Source: Laetmonice hystrix (Eukaryota). From it: a stretch of 64,000 nucleotides of DNA. Both the position numbers and the translations under genes were made by a program. The notes beneath the pieces were generated by a model. It saw only the letters and a program-made list of their open reading frames with translations. It searched no databases and had not been told where the DNA came from. Below, one piece after another: positions 60,999 to 64,000 of this stretch. The stretch spans positions 23,314,001-23,378,000 of the forward strand of contig OZ249436.1 of NCBI GenBank assembly GCA_965235115.1. Reading direction: 5' to 3'. Position 1 is the stretch's first letter. Each line of letters opens with the position of its first letter.

Positions 60999-63900
60999 TT
61001 AGCATTCATTTTGCTTGGCCATGTAGGGTAAATAGTAATTAAAAAAGAATTTGTCTAATTTCTCTAACATGGTATTGAACTTTGGCTCATCAAAATATAT
61101 TCTCTCACAATGAAAGTCATTATTTGTATACACGAAGAAATCACACCATGGTGAGCCACTCAACCCCAGCTGGCCCATTATCTGGAAAAAATACTCGTGA
61201 TTTTCCTTTAAACAAAGATTGCCATCGTCTCCTTGCTTTAAATAGCCACAATGTACAACTGACTCCACACTAGGACATTTAATTTCCAACAACCCTTGAG
61301 ACTGCTCACAGTCGGGGTCAAAGACCCATCTATCTGGAGATGCACCTAAATGTATTAAATTAGGATTTGTAATCAGCCCTGATAAGTAGACATTTCTGCC
61401 AAATGTTTTTGCATACTTTTCTGCCGCAACAGGTTCCGTGTCCACTCCATGCTTCATTTCTTTTGTCTGAATATGTTTTTTTTTACTAAAGAGCTGAGAA
61501 GCTAGTGATTCATAATTACCTCTTCTGCTGCATACCCTTTTAAACACTGAAGCAGTTAGCCTGTGTTGTCTAAGATCATGCCACTCCTGACTACTACTCT
61601 GTCTTCTTGTCACCTTTTCAATTTCTATGCACTGGTTGACACCAAGAGAAAGACTCTCAAGAAGACATGTTTCCCCGTATGGAAGAGGACCATGAAAACG
61701 ACAATGGAGTGCTGGTGGGATGAATGAAGGTGAATTATGACCAGCAACTGTAATGATGTCTGATGAAGCATCTGCAGATGGAATAGATGATAACTGATAT
61801 GAGAGTACACTTCCTCTTGGAACTTCTCCATATATAGTGTTCACATACTGGATTTTAGATGGTGGTGTCCATAACTGCACTATCTGTGGCATGGGATTCA
61901 TTGGCTGCATTGAGGGCAGAAGCACCTGATCAAGTCTGATGTCTTTCAAAGGCTTTGCTACAGCATTATACAATTTCAGCGGTACACCCTCACTAGAGGA
62001 TTTCTTTTTCTGGCGGCTGTTTTGCATCTGCAGCTTCTGCACACGAATGCCTGTAACTGGTTTTGTAGTAAGACCTCTTCTTCTTGATGGGATATGCCAC
62101 TGCTGTAAAGAGTATAACGTTTATGAGAATAAATATTCGGGGTAATATGGTATAATAAAATGAATTATGCACATAGGAAACCAAACGAAAGATGTAGTCA
62201 TTGGTGGGCCTGCATCATCATGCATGCAACTAGCGTCACATTGAAAGGGACTCAGACAGAGCATTGCCCACAAAGCCCAGAAATAATGAAATCAATTAGC
62301 ACGCACCTAACATATTTAAAAAGTAACTTTCCTTAAAGAAAAAGTATTACTTCTTTAAAAAGAGTCATACTGAAATAAACTGCACATATACCTGGGGTTG
62401 TGATGTTTTAGATTCAACTGATGGCACTGCTTTCAACCCCAGATTTTTGTAGTGGACCAGCTGGTGAAGCACCGCTACTGTATGGTGGCACAAACTCTTC
62501 CCCCGAGCACATGAACAGGTGTTACTTTTAATAGTTACACCTTCAAAGTCAATCTGTGAAACATGCAATTTGCAATTTTACTAAGTAGACATTTATTAGC
62601 ACACATATTAATAAGAGTGCTTATGTGAGATATTTGTCGAATTGCAATAATATTTTTGTATTTTCCACAACTGTCTACAGAAAAGAACTGAAAGTGAAAC
62701 TGACCACTAAAACAGTGGTCTCTGGTAGTGGCCCACCGGTATATAAGATTGATATCCAACTTACTCTGATATTATGCGGTAATTCAGTTTTCTTTCTTGA
62801 CCTAAAGCACTGGGCTTTGAGAGACCACCTGTTTTCTTCTTGATGGCACACTGCAAAATTAACAGGCTAACGTTAGATGGGCATTGGGGGTGAAAACCAG
62901 ATCTACAATGTACATCTACACGTCAAGAGTAGTCTACTCTACTGCCACTACAATACAAATAGATTAGTGACAGTGGCAGCTCCAGCCAGGGTTTCATTTT
63001 TTAACATTATTTAACTAGACTCGGGGCCAGCGAGAGCGGGGTGTGGTGGGGGGCGTTGTAGTCCGACATTGGTGACAGCCCATTGCCATTGGTCCGACAG
63101 ACCAATCCCTAGCCTAGGACTAGGAGTATAGTATACTATACTATAGCCTATAGTATAGGTTAGCTAGTATACATGTACTACTAAATACTAATAGTAATAG
63201 TAACACTAAGCTATGCCATGGCTAGAGTTAGGATTAGGTTTATAACTTTAGCCCCTAGGCCAGGGCTAGGGTTAGTAGCCTACTAGTAGTACTACTACTA
63301 CTATTTGTAACTAGTAGTAGTAGTAGTAGGCCAAAGACAAAGTGGACTGTCAGATTAAAGCCAAAAGGACCTAGTCCTCTGCTAGAGCGAGAGGGGTGGG
63401 TCGCCCGACAGAGGCCAGGGATGGCTAGGGCCTAGACGGGTCACTAACTACCTAGATCTACACTACAGTTCTAGTAACTGTAAAGTTATACTATTAATAT
63501 TATAATTAGGCCCCAAATGGATGAGCGCCCGCCCCTGCCCCCAAAGCCAAAGGCCAAGGGTCCCGGTAAGGCCAAGGCCAGGGGAGATCCCCTCTGCCCT
63601 CTCTCTGACTCTGGCCCTGACAGTGACAATAGCTGTAACGTTAGGCCTAGAATAGGTTTGACAATTTCTTGGTTTGCTAAGTACTAACTGTCACTAGTAC
63701 TAGTAACTAGTTCTAGTCTAATGCTAAGGCTAAGCTACTACGACTACGAGGACTACCGTTACGACTTACGTTAACGGTTAGGCCCAGAGCCAGACAGTCG
63801 CAGACACAGCCACAGGACAGTGACAGTGTAGTGACAGTGTAACGTCGTTAGTGTAGTGTAGTCAGTGGTAGACTGTCGGATAATAAAAATTACCTTTGAA

Positions 63901-64000
63901 TCCATGGACATACTGCTCCAGAAAAAATTTATATCCCCTCTGTGAAGTTGTGTGGATTCCGCTGCACTGTTCCATATAGGCCTCGAGCATAGTCGCCGTG
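60999..64000 (-). CDS. SWIM zinc finger + YqaJ/lambda-exonuclease-like protein; exons >=64000-63894, 62850-62765, 62553-62392, 62102-60999
   Basis: In-frame GT-AG splicing gives RGYKFFLEQYVH, KAQCFRSRKK..PH, CSCARGKSLCHH (SWIM), QWHIP, RLTASVF, LGASPD, LLEIKCP, QIMGQL. Confidence 0.88.

Larger units (their letters stand above)
57591..64000. mobile_element. ISL2EU-type (PIF/Harbinger-ISL2EU group) DNA transposon, continues past the window
   Basis: Convergent THAP-DDE transposase and SWIM/YqaJ genes. Putative left end AT|AGGCTATTC at 57591 (inferred; right TIR not in the window). Confidence 0.85.

Overview
Eukaryotic (invertebrate-like, spliceosomal introns) repeat-dense window with no recognisable host gene. 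It is a nest of transposable elements: (1) two CR1/L2-group LINEs on the minus strand, one internally deleted with an SGNH-like 5' ORF and one near full length; (2) an ~11.6 kb env-bearing Ty3/Gypsy (errantivirus-like) LTR element on the minus strand, with gag, pol, a class I F-like env, a dUTPase and an accessory ORF; (3) a fragmented second Gypsy element; (4) an apparently intact ISL2EU-type DNA transposon (THAP-DDE transposase plus a convergent SWIM/YqaJ exonuclease gene) running off the right edge; (5) many PIF/Harbinger-like, hAT-like and Helentron-like non-autonomous elements. The standout observation is a NADAR (YbiA/DUF1768-like ADP-ribosyl hydrolase/N-glycosidase) domain fused to two unrelated retroelements: the C-terminus of LINE ORF1p and the C-terminus of the LTR element's integrase. 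This suggests convergent capture of an ADP-ribosylation 'eraser'. All family calls come from motif recognition by eye, not database searches.
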